DNA of 63,636 bases, filler included, from Perkinsus chesapeaki ATCC PRA-425 (GCA_013115145.1; 10 parts of 10 records of this genome joined end to end with filler, not necessarily neighbours in it); one strand, 5' to 3'. Numbered from the whole stretch's first letter, positions 15,340 to 28,802 are shown. Notes: generated by a model not told the origin, from the letters alone. Numbers and translations: made by a program.

Positions 15340-15742
15340 ATCGATTTTTGCTCTAGCCTCGTTTTGAGATAATTCTGAACTCGTATAATTCGATAAAATT
15401 TAAGCTTCTCCCGTTTCTAAGGAAGGTTTCCTTCATGTCCCCTTCGTTAAAAACCCCACGGTCATTCGGCTGAGTTCAAGGTTTTTGTTCTCTTTGGTTT
15501 CCGGTCCACTGGGCTCGGCCCAGGTGGAGGGGACCAGGGCTCGGCCTTCTGTCTTCTCACCGTTATATCGTTTGACCTACATCGTCGTCCGTCTGCGGGT
15601 GCCCGGCTAAGCCGGTTTGTGCTGATCCGATCGTCGGTGTGAGGCTCACACCGTGAGCATGCTAGCTGCTTAGCATATAGCCTTTCGAAGTTTAACCATT
15701 ATACTAATTGCTTTCAGGTTAGTTATATTCTCGGCGTTACAA

Positions 15743-17260
15743 ATGACCGCTCCTATTGAAGGTGCTTCCAAATTATCTACCTCTGGTAACAAGGTCTCCG
15801 ATAAGGAGAAGCCAAAGCCAGCAGCCGGGACGGGCAAATCTTCTAAGAAGGTGCTGCAGTTCTTATCGGTGAGACTCCTGATAAGAAGGTGTCGACAGCG
15901 GCCGTTAGTGGCGTTGGTGATGATAAGAAGGGTGTGCTCCTGCAGTTGCCGGAGGTACCTGCTAAGGGCACTGGCACCGTTGATGTTATCGAGGGTAATG
16001 TGTCTAGGAGCGTTCTTGTAATGTCGTTTCTCCTACTAAGATCCTGAGCCTGGGGAGAGTCTCCTCAAGGAACTGCAGGAGCTGGCAGATCTCGGTGATA
16101 ATGACGACGATGATCGTGTCTCGGTGGTAGATTCCATCGACGATCTCGACAGTTAATCATAGTGTCATCTAGCCCTTCGGTTTCCGAGCTGGCCGTTATA
16201 AATGCTATTGGTGAAGGTCTCTCTAAGTATCTATCCAGCTCGTCCTATAAGTCCTCTAATAAGTCTCACTGGCTCTCCCTGCTGGAGCGGCTCGAGAAGA
16301 TCGACATGGCTACGATGGACAAAAAGCCTCATTTGCCAATCTGTTCTCGATAAGGTCAACCGTAACCAGACGATGCTGTTCGAGGAACCTTTATGGAAAT
16401 TCGGTGACTCCGCCGACTCTGATGACAAACCTTTCGGTTCTTTCGTGACTCACGAATCGTGGCCCTGTTATCAGTGATAACAAGCCATGATATCTTATCA
16501 TGGCTTCGGCTTGCCCTACTTCAAGGCGCAGCGTTTGGTGGCGTTTACTCTCACCTGATGCACTGTACTTCCGCGGCTGGCTACAAGTCTCCGCTCAACG
16601 GTCTACAGGCTGGAACGTTGGTGGCGGCTCAATGTGATGCTCATCTACGCAAAGAAGCTGGTTGTCGAATGTCCATGTCGTGACCCGAAATCAATAGGTG
16701 GGAATCGGACCATGTTCAGGCAAGTGCCGTGTTCGGTTGACTCGAGGAGGCTCACCGTTATCTTATCGAAACATCCAGCTTCGGGGGGAGTATGTCCCTG
16801 TTACGACTTGGCACAGCCAGTTGGTGCATCAAGTTCGGTCATGAATTATTGTAGAGGCAGCCAATCACTATCACATATAGGTAGGACCATGCTGGCGATC
16901 TCAGTGGTCAACTACCTCGATGACTCCTTCGCTGCGGAAGGGATCAGGTCAGTCGACTCGGCATACGCGGTCTGAGGCTGGCTTAACAAGATTATCGTGT
17001 CACGATAGTGACACGAGGACTAATCCTGGCGGCTCGACGAGAAGAAGTGTATGGCTCCTATGGATGAGATTCCAGTCCTAGGATTGGACATCGCTGTGGT
17101 TGGCAAGGAATTGTAACTCTCGGTAGCACAAGACGAGCGGGACGCTCTACTATCTTCTAGAAAGGCAATTATTGATCACGACTTTTTGCCGTCTTCTCTA
17201 ACTCACATTGTGGGCGTCACGAGCTAATCGAGAAGATTACCGCGAGTGGTGCTAGGACTC
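15743..17260 (+). mobile_element. Decayed, internally deleted DIRS-like (tyrosine-recombinase order) retrotransposon remnant
   Basis: Low-complexity gag-like ORF1 (MTAPIEGASKL...); broken RT motifs QPVGASSSVMNYCR, VVNYLDD, IPVLGLDI and LTHIVG; many stops and frameshifts. Confidence 0.65.
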
Positions 17261-17305
17261 ATCTGCGGCGACACCCTTCCTGAGCTCTTAGACTCAATAA
17301 TCAGT

Positions 17306-19720
17306 CTACTTGTGTAACTCAATCGGAATGGAGTACCAATACGCATCCGGGTGAAAGCCGAGTTTAATCATGGAAAGTAGAGTTCTCATACCACTCAAGT
17401 GATAACGTGAAATGCACAGATGTTCCAATATGCCTGCCTCGAGTCGAGGCCCTCGACTCGAAGTAAATCTGAAAGTGTGGCTTGGGAGGCAGAGATCAGC
17501 GATACGCCACTCACAGTGTGCGTTGGGAGTGTGCGTCGCATACCTACTCTGTGGAAGGAACTTGCAGAACAGAATGTACAGACCGACAGAAGACACCTAA
17601 CACTTCATGCACCTCATCGAATGCACTTGACAGTGAAACGCTCGAGGTTTGATCGGGACTTTGCCGAAAATTATGAATGTCTGTCGGATACGTAAGTGAA
17701 ATGCCGAGTACCTTGGTGTGGGGTGAATTTGACCATATCCAATGGCGAGTTCCCCTAGTAGAGGGCCCCTACTTTTATATAGGGATATAATATCCCGGAT
17801 ATTGAGTCCGCTTCGGTATTGCTTTACACAAATTGTTCACGAAGTTCTCCTCGCTTTAGCAAAGCTAGAAGAACTTTGCGAACGTTCGAGAACCTCCCTG
17901 CATAGGCCAACTAACGTACTCGGTTAAGTCCAGCTTCTCCCGATGCTCCCGGTTTTTCCTTCGACCAAATATTTCAGCTCGAATCGCCTCCATTGCTTCT
18001 TGCTCCTAAATACCCAATAAAATGCAAAATCCCTTCACCAGCCCAAACAGCCACTCGACTGGTCTGACCTCCTTATAATGTGCTTGCTGGGCTTCCTTCT
18101 CCTTCCATGCATTCACATCCCTTTCTCCCCATCGCTCAACCACCCGTCTTGTGTCCGTCACAGCGTCTTCTTGCCAGTTCCGTCGCTCCACGTAGTAACT
18201 AAAACGGTAACACGAATTCTCGATAGCCATAGTTTCTCGCGCACCATTACGACTCAAGCTCTACGGCCATAGCTTCTCAGTACCAAGCCTCCATGAAATA
18301 TAACGCCATTTTACTCCCCCCTGCCCCGACCACTTCACCAAGCGGCTTACATGCTATCTTTGCTGTGTGCCGCAGCAGCGCCGCCATTGCTACTCTTAGT
18401 GCAATCAGCGCTTTCACCCACGACTTCTTGCCGGCCTTGGGCCCTGCGGGAGCTTTTCCGACCGCCTCGCCGTGAAGTCTCAGGCTTTCCCTGTCAATTA
18501 CAAGCCGAATACTTCTTAAATAAGCGAAGTGTGGAGAGTTGCAAAGAATACTTATTTACAGTATCGAGCGCTACAGGACATGGGGGCACTTTTGAACCGA
18601 TTTTGAAGAGCGGAAACTGGCCTAGTTAACAATCGGATATGCACCCGCTAGGAATCATGCCCACCTATGATGCGGAAGTAAGGCCAGCTCACTGACCTAA
18701 TCGACTATATCCACAGCGCTTCCTGCACAATTACGTGCAAGGTTTGTGACATGCATGGATCGGCATAGAAGTTCAAATGGAGACCTCTAAATCCACTATT
18801 ATGGATAAGATACTCTGAAAATCGATGCCCACCTCTGCCTTCTGTTCCGGCTCCACAACAATGCTGTGAGGCGTCCCTGATGCTAGCTTGGCCAGACGTA
18901 TCTTCTCGGCTTTCAACTTCTCTTTGGTCTCTTGCTCAGACAACTCGTAATCTCTCATCCTCTTATAATCCGGCACCGATCCTGTAAAGATACGCCCCAT
19001 GGAGCTCACCAGAAAGATTTCATTTTCGGCGCCAAGCTGCTTCATATTGCTTTTGCGGCTCAATTTAGTCAACCACACTGTGGTTACCACAGTCCGATTT
19101 GCCCGAGAATAAAGCTATAAATAATCGCTCTCCGACTAAAACCCTACTGAAGTGCCATTCTACACCTCACCCAGGCTTCCCGCTTACCTTCATAATCTGC
19201 CTCCTCGAACCCCGGTAAAGGGTTATGCTCTCCCAACCGAGCCAACGCCTCATACTCCTCCCGAGGAGCTGCCATCCCATCCTTGAAGACTCTGCCATTT
19301 TCATACCCCACTTCTCCGTATTCAGATACGGTGCGCTCTTTACTAAGCCAATCTCGAGCAACCTGAGAACCACCTTAAGAGAACCTGATCCCAAACTTCG
19401 ACAGGCGTGACTCATACCGCTCGCTCGCCAACTGCTTCGTCGGAATGCCTAGGCAGGTCCGCCTGTGTCTTAGCCACACCGTCGTTCGACCAAGGGACTT
19501 CAATTGGAGGACCCGCCGTTTGAATCTCGGAAAGATTCTCTATGTTCTGCCGGTAACTAGAACAAATCTTGCTCATCTTGCAATTCCTCAACGCAGAGAA
19601 TCAACTCACGCGGACAGCCGCCATGCCCTCTCCTTTGGCATGACCATAACTATATCTGTGGCGCTGCATGTTCCATCTTTACCTCTTCTTTGTTTCTTCA
19701 AACCCGTTATCTGGACCGCC
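17306..19720 (-). CDS. Unresolved multi-exon coding region (separate gene or C-terminal part of IF-2)
   Basis: Series of protein-like minus-strand segments such as YKRMRDYELSEQETKEKLKAEKIRLAKL; no decisive motif. Confidence 0.3.
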
Positions 19721-20310
19721 ATTCCCGGAGTGGCTTTAGTAACTGATACACATAAACAATAATCTAGCAGGAGAATATGCACAGAATAAGAATAAGAATA
19801 CCAATAATAATAAGAATATACCAATATACCAATAATAAGAATAATATAGCTCAGAATAAGTCAGAAACAAGCATGAGGAAGTTTCTCAGTGTGTCGACTC
19901 CAACAACTGATCTTTGATAATCATATACACTCAGCATTTGGGCGATCCGCAATGTGGTCAACTTATATGCCATAAACAGATGATACAGGATGCATATTAA
20001 TTGCTTGCCCATTCCCATAAGCCGATAAGTCCATTAGGATCGATGATGCAATACATACCAATCGAATGGGCTCGATGAGATCATTATACACATTTTCCCA
20101 GGCAGCACTCCCCCCTTTACCAGGCAGACAATATATAACCGACTTTTTGAAGCTCAAATTCGAAAACTAAATTTGGATCTCTCGCCAACCTCATCCAAAA
20201 TCATCAAAGGATAATACAAAAAAACGTTCAAGAGCTTCCGAGCGCCGCCAAAATACTCGCCTTGCGATTCAAAGAAATATTCGCTTTTCTTGGATCTTCC
20301 TGGGAATAGC

Positions 20311-23300
20311 TCATACACACACATAAACATGTGCCTTACTCTCCGCTTTAGTCCCTTTATCGGCGTCCCACATCCTCTCAACTTGACCAAATGCACTGCC
20401 CGCCACAAAGAAGCTTCCCTTCATAACAACGCCGTGCTTAACTAGGCATAGCATAATTCGACCTTCCGACATATTATTAGTGATATCAATTATAACCAGT
20501 GCTCCAGTGACCGGCAGATTCACATCTGTTAAGTAATCATTCCCTAAAACGCAGGAATATTATAGATACCCCGAATAAGGAGGATGTAAATTTCGCCCGC
20601 CCTGTGATGTAACAGTGCTATAATAACACTTGAGCAACTAAAATGGATTCATGAGCTTCCAAAAAGCTCAAGAGAGGGTGAAGCGATTCCGTAACAAATT
20701 GTCAATGTCGTCCCGCGCTGTCATTTATTGTGCGCTATCGCTCGCTCCATCGTACATACTCGGACAACTCCCCTCGTAAGACTCTTACGAGGGGCTATGC
20801 ACGATTTCAGTCAATAACGGCTTCCGTTTTACTTCTTCGCTCTTACGGTAGGAATAAACAAGTGAGAGAAAGCCTCAGTAGACTCTCCGCTCGCCTGGTG
20901 TTAGTCCACACGAACGGAGAACAAGCAACACGCGCCGCTCTCTCGAATCCTATAATGCGAATCAAGTACTCCCTCGAGCTCACTTTTTTTAGTGCTTCGG
21001 TAAAACTGTGCAACCATTCCCGGGGTAACCGAAGGAGCTGGAACCTGGGACACAAATCTCTATTTATTAGGAAAAGTACCAGACACGAAAAGTATTGTAA
21101 TGGTACCAGCGATGATCCGAAAAAGAGGACCAACTGGCGGCAAGAAGATACATTGTTGGTTCATCTGCTAGTGAAATGGAAGACAACACCTTTGTTGATC
21201 AAAATGTGCTCGGTCAGTACTCAGAAGGAGGCCGCTTGGTTCTTCCGAGTCCAATAGAGCCTTCTTCTGTTGAGTCTTTTACACCAAAGACTGTTGCCAT
21301 ATCGGAGAACTTCACGAAAAAAGCGCCATAACTCACTGCTGATGAGAAATGCAAAAGTTTTCCATAAACTGAATACTTGAAAAATCATTGTTGAGAACTG
21401 AATGGCTCTGCACACACATCAAGGTGTGTCGAATGGAAAGTAACTTTGCCCAGCAAAGCCTTCCCGAATGCCTACATGATGCAAAGGTAGTTCTTGTTGC
21501 TTACTCGCAATGGTACTACTAAGAGACGAATGGAGCGACTCGACCACCTACAAGCGGAACATTCGAAAATCTTCGGCAATCTATCCAACCAAAAACCCCA
21601 AGCTCCAAAATACGAGTAAAGTCGCAAACCAGCTTTTCAATAGATCTCTCTTGAGTTTCAGCACTGCTCCTCGGATCCGACGTAACATGCAAAATTAAAT
21701 CTCGGGAGCGCTCCTGAACTGCCGCAAACGACCCAGCGGGGGGTTACTTTGTCAATGTTGTCTCCGTGTAGTGCGGAAATGGGAACAGCCTTTCTGGCAG
21801 CTTCGGAGAAGTCACTACTGATAACACCGGCTTCATGTAGCTTGGCACATTGATAACTGAATAACACATCAGGACGATCACCTCTCGAGAGAAATGGAGT
21901 TTGTCAAAACTGCCACGTATGACAAAGCGAGCGTGAATCAGATATATAAAAAGAAAGGTATTAATACAAGGAAAGTACGGTAGTAATTGTCCAACACATT
22001 TTCGATACAATAGCTAATGTCTTTTTGAATGGGATTGTCACAGGATCTAGGAGGAGTCTTCTTGGACAAAACATTGCCTTCACAAGGCAAGTCATTAACC
22101 CATATTAAAAATAAGACGATCTCGAGGTCACACCGATTGGCGAGTGTTACTCAAAAAGCTCCTTCCGAAGTATGTGGCGCACAATATTTGTACTGTGATT
22201 TTTCAACCACAGGAAAGCGTCTAACTTACGCTAGTTCGTTCCTGACCAGTTCCGCGTCCACATAAGGGAGATCGATCTTGTTAAGTGCCTAGCAAGTACA
22301 AGCAATATACAACATGAATAACGGAAAATACCGGACATCGATTTCACCGAAAAACTTTTCTCAAATATTCCCAACAGTTCGCGAACAAAGTAGCCTCCCA
22401 CGGAGCACGAAAAGCACTAACGAATTCACTGCGCGGGCTTGTGATCAGTTTCGCTCGCCCAGTATGATTCCTACAAAGACGACAGGAACTTGGAAAGCAT
22501 CAGCTTGCATCAGGACTTCCTCTGTTTGAATGTCCGCTCCATTTCTAAGGTAAGATACTAAAAGCAGGGCGCTACGGTTATGGAATTACTCCACAGACAC
22601 GATGACAAGAGCGCAATCGGCAACCTCCACAGCTCGCCCCCGAGACGTCTCGAACGCCGCGTGCCTAAAGAATGTCAAACAAGAGTGACAATGACCACTG
22701 AATTGCGAGACACGCATGAACTGACCACTAATACCTCATAAGATACGGGAAAAGAATAACATGGAGAGGCGAAGATACGATTGAAAATCTAACTTACCCA
22801 GGTGTGTCTATAAAAGTCATTCTCGCAGTATCGAATGACTCACCAATCGGCCTGGTCCTACAGGGCAGTTTAGGCAACTCCATTGTGAAGGCGCGAACCT
22901 GTAGAGGCACATCAGACTGGAATTTTATCGATAATGCAATGGAAACGATAATTGGGGAGTATTAGTGAGACTGTTATATTGGCACTTATACAACAAGAAT
23001 AGTATTTCGGTCACGTAAATGATGAATACTATTGAGAGTGGTGCATTCTAGTACAATGACCCCTTTTGACCCTTTTCAGCTTCCACTTGGTAGAATGATT
23101 CTACCAAGTGGAAGCTGAAAAGCGCCAAACACGCTTCCCGCTAGAATACGTTTGTCGATAATTCTGCGTTGATGAGACTAGGTTTGATGAAAGCAGAACT
23201 ACTTCACTGACCTATCGTAATGCCTATTGAGTGACATGCCATACTTTACCAAGCAGTAACTTACTGATTGGGTAATCCTTCCAGGCTCGGTGTCCACTAC

Positions 23301-24462
23301 ACTAGTCCCTCTGAGGGCATCGAGGAAGGTCGTCTTGCCGTGATTGATATGCCCAACTACTACCACAACCGGCACCTGCATGTTGAACAACTTAGTCTGC
23401 GCTGCCATTTTCGTCGGTGAAATTTCCAGGGGATTGAACAAGGGAATTTTTCCTGCCGCCATCAGTGGTAGCTGATACCGAGGAGTATGCTAGCAATTAG
23501 TGAACAGTCAACGCGAAGGCAAGTCAGTGAACATTAAAATTATTGCCTTATGACCGATTACACTGCAGAATGAAATAGTGTCATTATCGCATACCGAAAC
23601 AGGGCTGCACCACTAGCCAACAATCTCAGCAAAGAGCGGAAAGAGCCCTTCACTCACTGATTTAGAGGCAAGGCCAGATTTTATCGGCGGGCTTTCTGAG
23701 TCCCATTCCGGCTCCATATCTATCATCCGCGGTTCCAAGCCGAACCTGAATCATTTCTGCCACAACTTCTCGACTTCAAGCTACCTACTTGTAAAGCGAT
23801 CTAACCACATTATCGAAGGGAACGATAACTTTCCGTTTGCTCGTCGTCTCGAACTCCCGACCTTCCAAATCGCTCCAGTAATACTTCTTCAGATACTGCC
23901 TGAAAAGAATTCTTTTTAGAGTTTTTTTTAAGATTTCTAGAATTTCTTTGAGATTTTTCCCTAACTAGAATTCTCAGTGAAAACCAATCCATTCGCCAAC
24001 TTCGTTGCATTGGTGTGTCACTGATATCAAAAAAATCTAATACGACAATGCGCTAAATCTAAACCCCGAAGATGTAATGGAATCCTATCGACCACACTTC
24101 CTGAGGAAACTACTAATAGGAAAGAGGAGAGGAAATAGAAGCTGTGCCTACCGAGCACCACAAAGGCTAAGCGCCGCTGAATAGTCGATGGGTAACATCA
24201 AGCGGAGCTCAGACGCTCCTAGATATGGAGGAACTAGGATAACCTGAAGGAGGGTATCACCACTCAGTTAACCGGTTAATCACTGTTAAACACTCTTTAC
24301 CTTATCTTTCGATTCCCTGCCCTTTACAATCGTGTCTCGCGCTGTTTTCCGTGCCAGAAAAGATGAGCCTTTCTTGTGGTAAAAGCGCACAGATGCGCAT
24401 AGAGGACTACCACGCACCGTAGCCAAGGGAACCAAGGCAGCCAACTCTCTCCGAATTATCAT
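20311..24462 (-). CDS. infB: Bacterial-type (organellar, probably mitochondrial) translation initiation factor IF-2, many exons; 3' end uncertain
   Basis: G1 [18 protein letters not shown]; G2 EPGRITQ; G3 TFIDTPG|HAAF; G4 LNKIDL; G5 [11 protein letters not shown]; domain-II-like [34 protein letters not shown]; Arg-rich presequence-like N-terminus [18 protein letters not shown]. Confidence 0.85.
23072..23122. repeat. Perfect 25-bp-arm palindrome with one central base, in an IF-2 intron
   Basis: CTTTTCAGCTTCCACTTGGTAGAAT-G-ATTCTACCAAGTGGAAGCTGAAAAG. Confidence 0.95.
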
Positions 24463-26234
24463 GAATAAACTTCGAGCGAAACGAAGATCAACGGAATCCG
24501 CCAACACGGCGTTATTGCGGGATGGAACTCGACAAAATCACCGTGCAGAAACGCAAAGAGAATCATGTCGGCTAGTACTTGTTGTACCTAAGCATGAGCG
24601 GCGCTGCAAACCTGACTCTATCCTTCTTTGAAGTGCACTAACTATATTATCTACAATCTATGTAAAAAAGCTATATATCACATGCTCAACACTGATTAGT
24701 AAACAGTCTATACATAAACGGTTCGCAGAGGAAATTCCAAACGAGGATGGCTGAAACCATCAGGTCGATAGATATTCTGGTACTGCAAAGTTTGCATGAT
24801 TAGAACTGCGAAAAACCGCACCGTATCTTACTTTTTCTTCTTCATCCTCATAAACTTCCACTTTCTAAACTTCTTATTTGTCTCGACTAAAAACCGCAAA
24901 ACACTCAAAACTAGCCTCAAGAACTTCACGCTTATTCTTTACAAGGTTCATGGAATGGACGGCATGCTTGTGCTACAAACTTCTTCACAAAATATTTACA
25001 GATACTTGAAATTTACTCTTACAACTCGATAAACATTCTTCGTCAGTGAAGTCTCGCGGATTAATCGGAAAAAAATTTCATTGGTCACAGATTTTGTGAA
25101 ACAGTTTATTTAATTTTAGTAATATAACCTTCTATCTTCACTGCACTCAAATGCCTATCAACTAGGTTTTTTCGATGTCGAAGTTATGTATATATCAACA
25201 ACTGGTTGTAGCTACTGCATATTTTATATACTGTATGAACCTGGTTATTCTAAATAACAGTTCTCCCAGTCCTCTTTACGTCATATAACCAACAGTGCAA
25301 GATGAGGAGATAACTTACACGTATATATCATCAGCGGTGAAGGGACTGTAATCGCCTGCTTTACAACCATACTTGGCGGAGTCGGGGTTGCACACCGAGA
25401 TACTCGAGAAGTTAATGACCACATTATTATCAAATGAAATAATAACCCCTACATACAAACACATTCTTCCCCTTCAACTCTTCTTTGTGTCATCCCGAGA
25501 GCTTGTGCCCCCATGCTACCACTCGGGAATGCTACATTATGGATCACCGATTGATGACTACTTTCATTCCCAATGCCCAGTTTCACCCATGTATTGAGAA
25601 ACGCCAGTGTCTGGCACAAAATCCCTGCCACAACGCGATATGGGTCATTTAACACGTATACCGCGTAATTCACGGGGATGTGTAAAACAGTCATGGTGTA
25701 AAAGGTGTGATGATAAAACGTGCACCGGTAACCGATATAAGAAATACGAAGTTGCGGAGCGAGAAAAGCGAGCGAAGCTTATATTGCAGTGCGCGGTCGT
25801 TCGTGTGCGTCCGTCCGTCCGTGGGAAGAAATTCCGGCTCAACCACAGTGTCTTTCCCCACGAGTGATATATCATTTTCCTTCACATGTATATGCGATCT
25901 CACTGAGAATATAGCGAACTTGAAATTCTAAGCCCGGACCCCTTAACTATCGAGAACATTTTCAAGGCGCTTCTGCGCATGAGGCAGTTTTCTTAGGTCC
26001 TTTCCACCAGCCATTTAGATTGACTATATTAAACCGACTTAACCCAAAAGCATTGGTAAAAAAGATACTTCCTGTATAATATATGTATTTCAGTGGTTGA
26101 ATCACTACAACCAAAATAAAAACGAAAACCTAAATACTAAAAATGACCGCGCCACGAAATTATTGAGATGAATCTATATTTATTTAACCCCTAGTAAACT
26201 TCAAACTGGAGGCTACTTCCCGGAAAATGTCTTT

Positions 26235-26660
26235 TCATTGACAAGAACCGGGGAGCAATTCTGCATACGGGGTTGGGCCGAAGTGCGTGCGCACTGAGTT
26301 TTGCGTAGCATTGTACTTGTAGTACATCAAATCGACGTCGCTTACATCGTAAATGGTTCTGCATGTGTATGCTTCCACGTACTGAATGAAGTCATCATAT
26401 TCTTTGTATGATGCTTCAGAGATCGTATAGCCCAAAGGCTCCTTCTGTACAACATCCACTGTAGCATTATCCTGATCTTGATCACAAATCACTAGTATGT
26501 TTATTCTTCTGGCAGCGTTCTCCTCACCATTGAGCCAATCTACTTGGGCACAAACGTTATCACCGATCTTCTTGAAGTACTTCCCTGTAGGGCCAACAGA
26601 AGCTTGTGATCCTTGAAAGAACAATAGGTAGAAGAGAAGCATAAACGCGAATGATGTCAT
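26235..26660 (-). CDS. Intronless 141-aa secreted orphan protein
   Basis: Signal peptide MTSFAFMLLFYLLFFQGSQA; four Cys; clean ORF. Confidence 0.75.
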   Translation of the reverse strand: MTSFAFMLLFYLLFFQGSQASVGPTGKYFKKIGDNVCAQVDWLNGEENAARRINILVICDQDQDNATVDVVQKEPLGYTISEASYKEYDDFIQYVEAYTCRTIYDVSDVDLMYYKYNATQNSVRTHFGPTPYAELLPGSCQ

Positions 26661-26699
26661 ACGCCAAGTTACAACTGCTTGTAAAGTGGACCTCTATTC

Positions 26700-26799
26700 N
26701 NNNNNNNNNNNNNNNNNNNNNNNNNNNNNNNNNNNNNNNNNNNTTAATTAATTAANNNNNNNNNNNNNNNNNNNNNNNNNNNNNNNNNNNNNNNNNNNN
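26700..26799. other. Artificial contig linker
   Basis: N44-TTAATTAATTAA-N44. Confidence 0.98.
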
Positions 26800-26801
26800 C
26801 A

Positions 26802-28484
26802 TCTCCCACGGTCACCCTCATTGACGCTATCGCTAGAGATTGCTCTACCCTAGATGACGATCCGGAAGCCGCAAGTACCTCCAAGACTGCCGACATCAAC
26901 ATGAACGCCGCCAATCAAGACGACCCCTCCGACAACGACGAAGACTTTACTGACCCAGCAATCGATGACACCAACTGGTCCGCCGACGTCAAGCAGCACT
27001 TGGATCTTAAAAAGTTGAGAACTCTAACACCCAGTGATCCCGAGGCTCAGCACATTGCCAAGAAGCCTGGTTATCTCTGGTCTAATGGTACCTCTGGCCT
27101 ACTTATCAGACGTATACGACACGATCTAGGGGGGCGAGTGGTATTACAAATCTTCATACCTAAACAATGTCGAGAGGATCTGGTAAAGGAGTTCCATTTG
27201 GAATGCAGTCACGGTAAGTCTCCCAACGTGGCATCACGTCTGGCCAGATTCTGTTGGTTTCCCTCTATGAAACGCTTCGCAGCCCAGACTATCCGTCGTT
27301 GTACCTCTTGCCAACTAGTCGATCCTCAAGGCCAACAACTACCTCCGCCCGGCTCTCGATCGGTCAATCCCAAGCCTTGGTTCGAAGTTGGTATAGATCT
27401 CGTTGGACCAATCAAAGTCTCCAACGGGCCGGATTCCACTCCTACCTCAGCCAGTCTATTGACCGTGACTTGCGCTTTTACTGGTTTCTCTGCTCTATAC
27501 CCTCTCTCAGGGTCCTTCAAGGCCAAGGATATATGTGATGGTCTATCCGTTATTTTCTGCCGCCACGGATACCCGGTCCGACTACGCTGTGATCGTGCAA
27601 AGGCGCACCTAAGCAAGTACATGAACGACTACTGCAAGCTGTATGGGATTGCGATTCGGTATTCTACGTGGACGCTCGGTTGGGTCGAAACTCGCCATCG
27701 CATTATCAACTCCACTCTGGCTAGACTTCTAGAGGGTGCCGGTCGCTCTTGGGACGATCCGGTTACTTTCGTCATGTTGGAAAACTGTATTAACTCCTAC
27801 GGCCTCGAGTACGAAGGTGGTGAGAACGTCTGTCCCTACGAGCTCATGTACGGCTTCGCGCCCTGCTCCGCTCTTCAGGCGCGACTGCGGATCGACCGCG
27901 AGGACTCCGACCTCGAAGACGTCGAGACTGACGACCCCATGGAACTGGTTACCTCTGCTCGCAACAAAGCCGTTCGCCTTGGGAAACTGCACCAACGGTT
28001 CATATCGGTATGGCAAGACCGGCGAGAACGAGCCTACGAGTCCGCCCTCAACAAGTCCACCAATCAGCCGTCCGAGCGTTCCGTTCAGACGGGTGACAAA
28101 GTTCTAGTTCTCGGCCGTCGGGAACACAAGTGGAGTCGCCGCTTTCGCGGTCCCTTCAAGGTTATTAAAATGGTCGGTAAACGCCTGGCAGTCCTACTAC
28201 ATGAAGGCACTAATGTCGTCGAAGAACACCATGTGAAGAACTTAAAACTATTTCACGATGAGGAATACGTCGAAGATCCCCAACACTCCGAGGAAGAAGA
28301 CCAACTCGTTCATGAACTGCCAGAGAACGATGCCGTTGACGCACCAATTTTCCAGGATGATGATAACGATGATGACCAAGATGTCTGTGCTCGGCAAGCC
28401 TCAAAACCAGTACGTGCCGCTAAAGAGCGTGCGTTGCGTGCAATACACCAACAAGCGCTTGATGATGAAGACGCTCATTTGTAG
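26802..28484 (+). mobile_element. Ty3/gypsy-type LTR retrotransposon pol C-terminus (end of RNase H plus integrase)
   Basis: Frame open from the contig start; LIDAIARD (RNase H end); HHCC finger EFHLECSH...CTSC; PWFEVGIDLVGP, CDRA and WVE catalytic residues; GPY/F motif FRGPFKV; RH-before-IN order. Confidence 0.9.
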
Positions 28485-28526
28485 TATCCCCGTCTTTCTC
28501 TCATTTGCTGTCCGTGGTGTGTTTAT

Positions 28527-28802
28527 GGGGGGCGAGGCTGAGCTGTGTTAACTCTGTCTATCGTTAAATACTACTCCGCGGTGGAGTCTCCACCCTATAT
28601 TAGTCTGTATCTGTGCCCATAGTTGTAGCACGCGCCACCATCTGGGCGATTGCGACCGATAGCTATGCTATTCCCGCGGGAACCCTGTGCGCTTCGGGCC
28701 ACTCCAAAATAAGAGTCTTTTGTTGATCTCTCATGCCTCCCGCGAGTCGCGTTGCTAAGAAGTCTGCTAATACTTCATCTGCTCAAGGGTCTGGTGAACA
28801 CA
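28527..28802 (+). repeat. Polypurine tract and putative 3' LTR
   Basis: GGGGGGCGAGG (28527-28537) just after the pol stop, then a TG-starting non-coding segment ending in CA near 28777 or 28802; no second LTR copy in the window to confirm limits. Confidence 0.55.

Noticed and set aside
19783-19870. AATAAG/AATACC low-complexity tract as a Tyr/Ser-rich ORF
   Set aside because: Simple sequence repeat with no coding evidence
24416-24425. ACCGTAGCCA as a spliced-leader relic
   Set aside because: Only 10 nt match, the rest of the leader is absent, and it is antisense within IF-2 coding sequence
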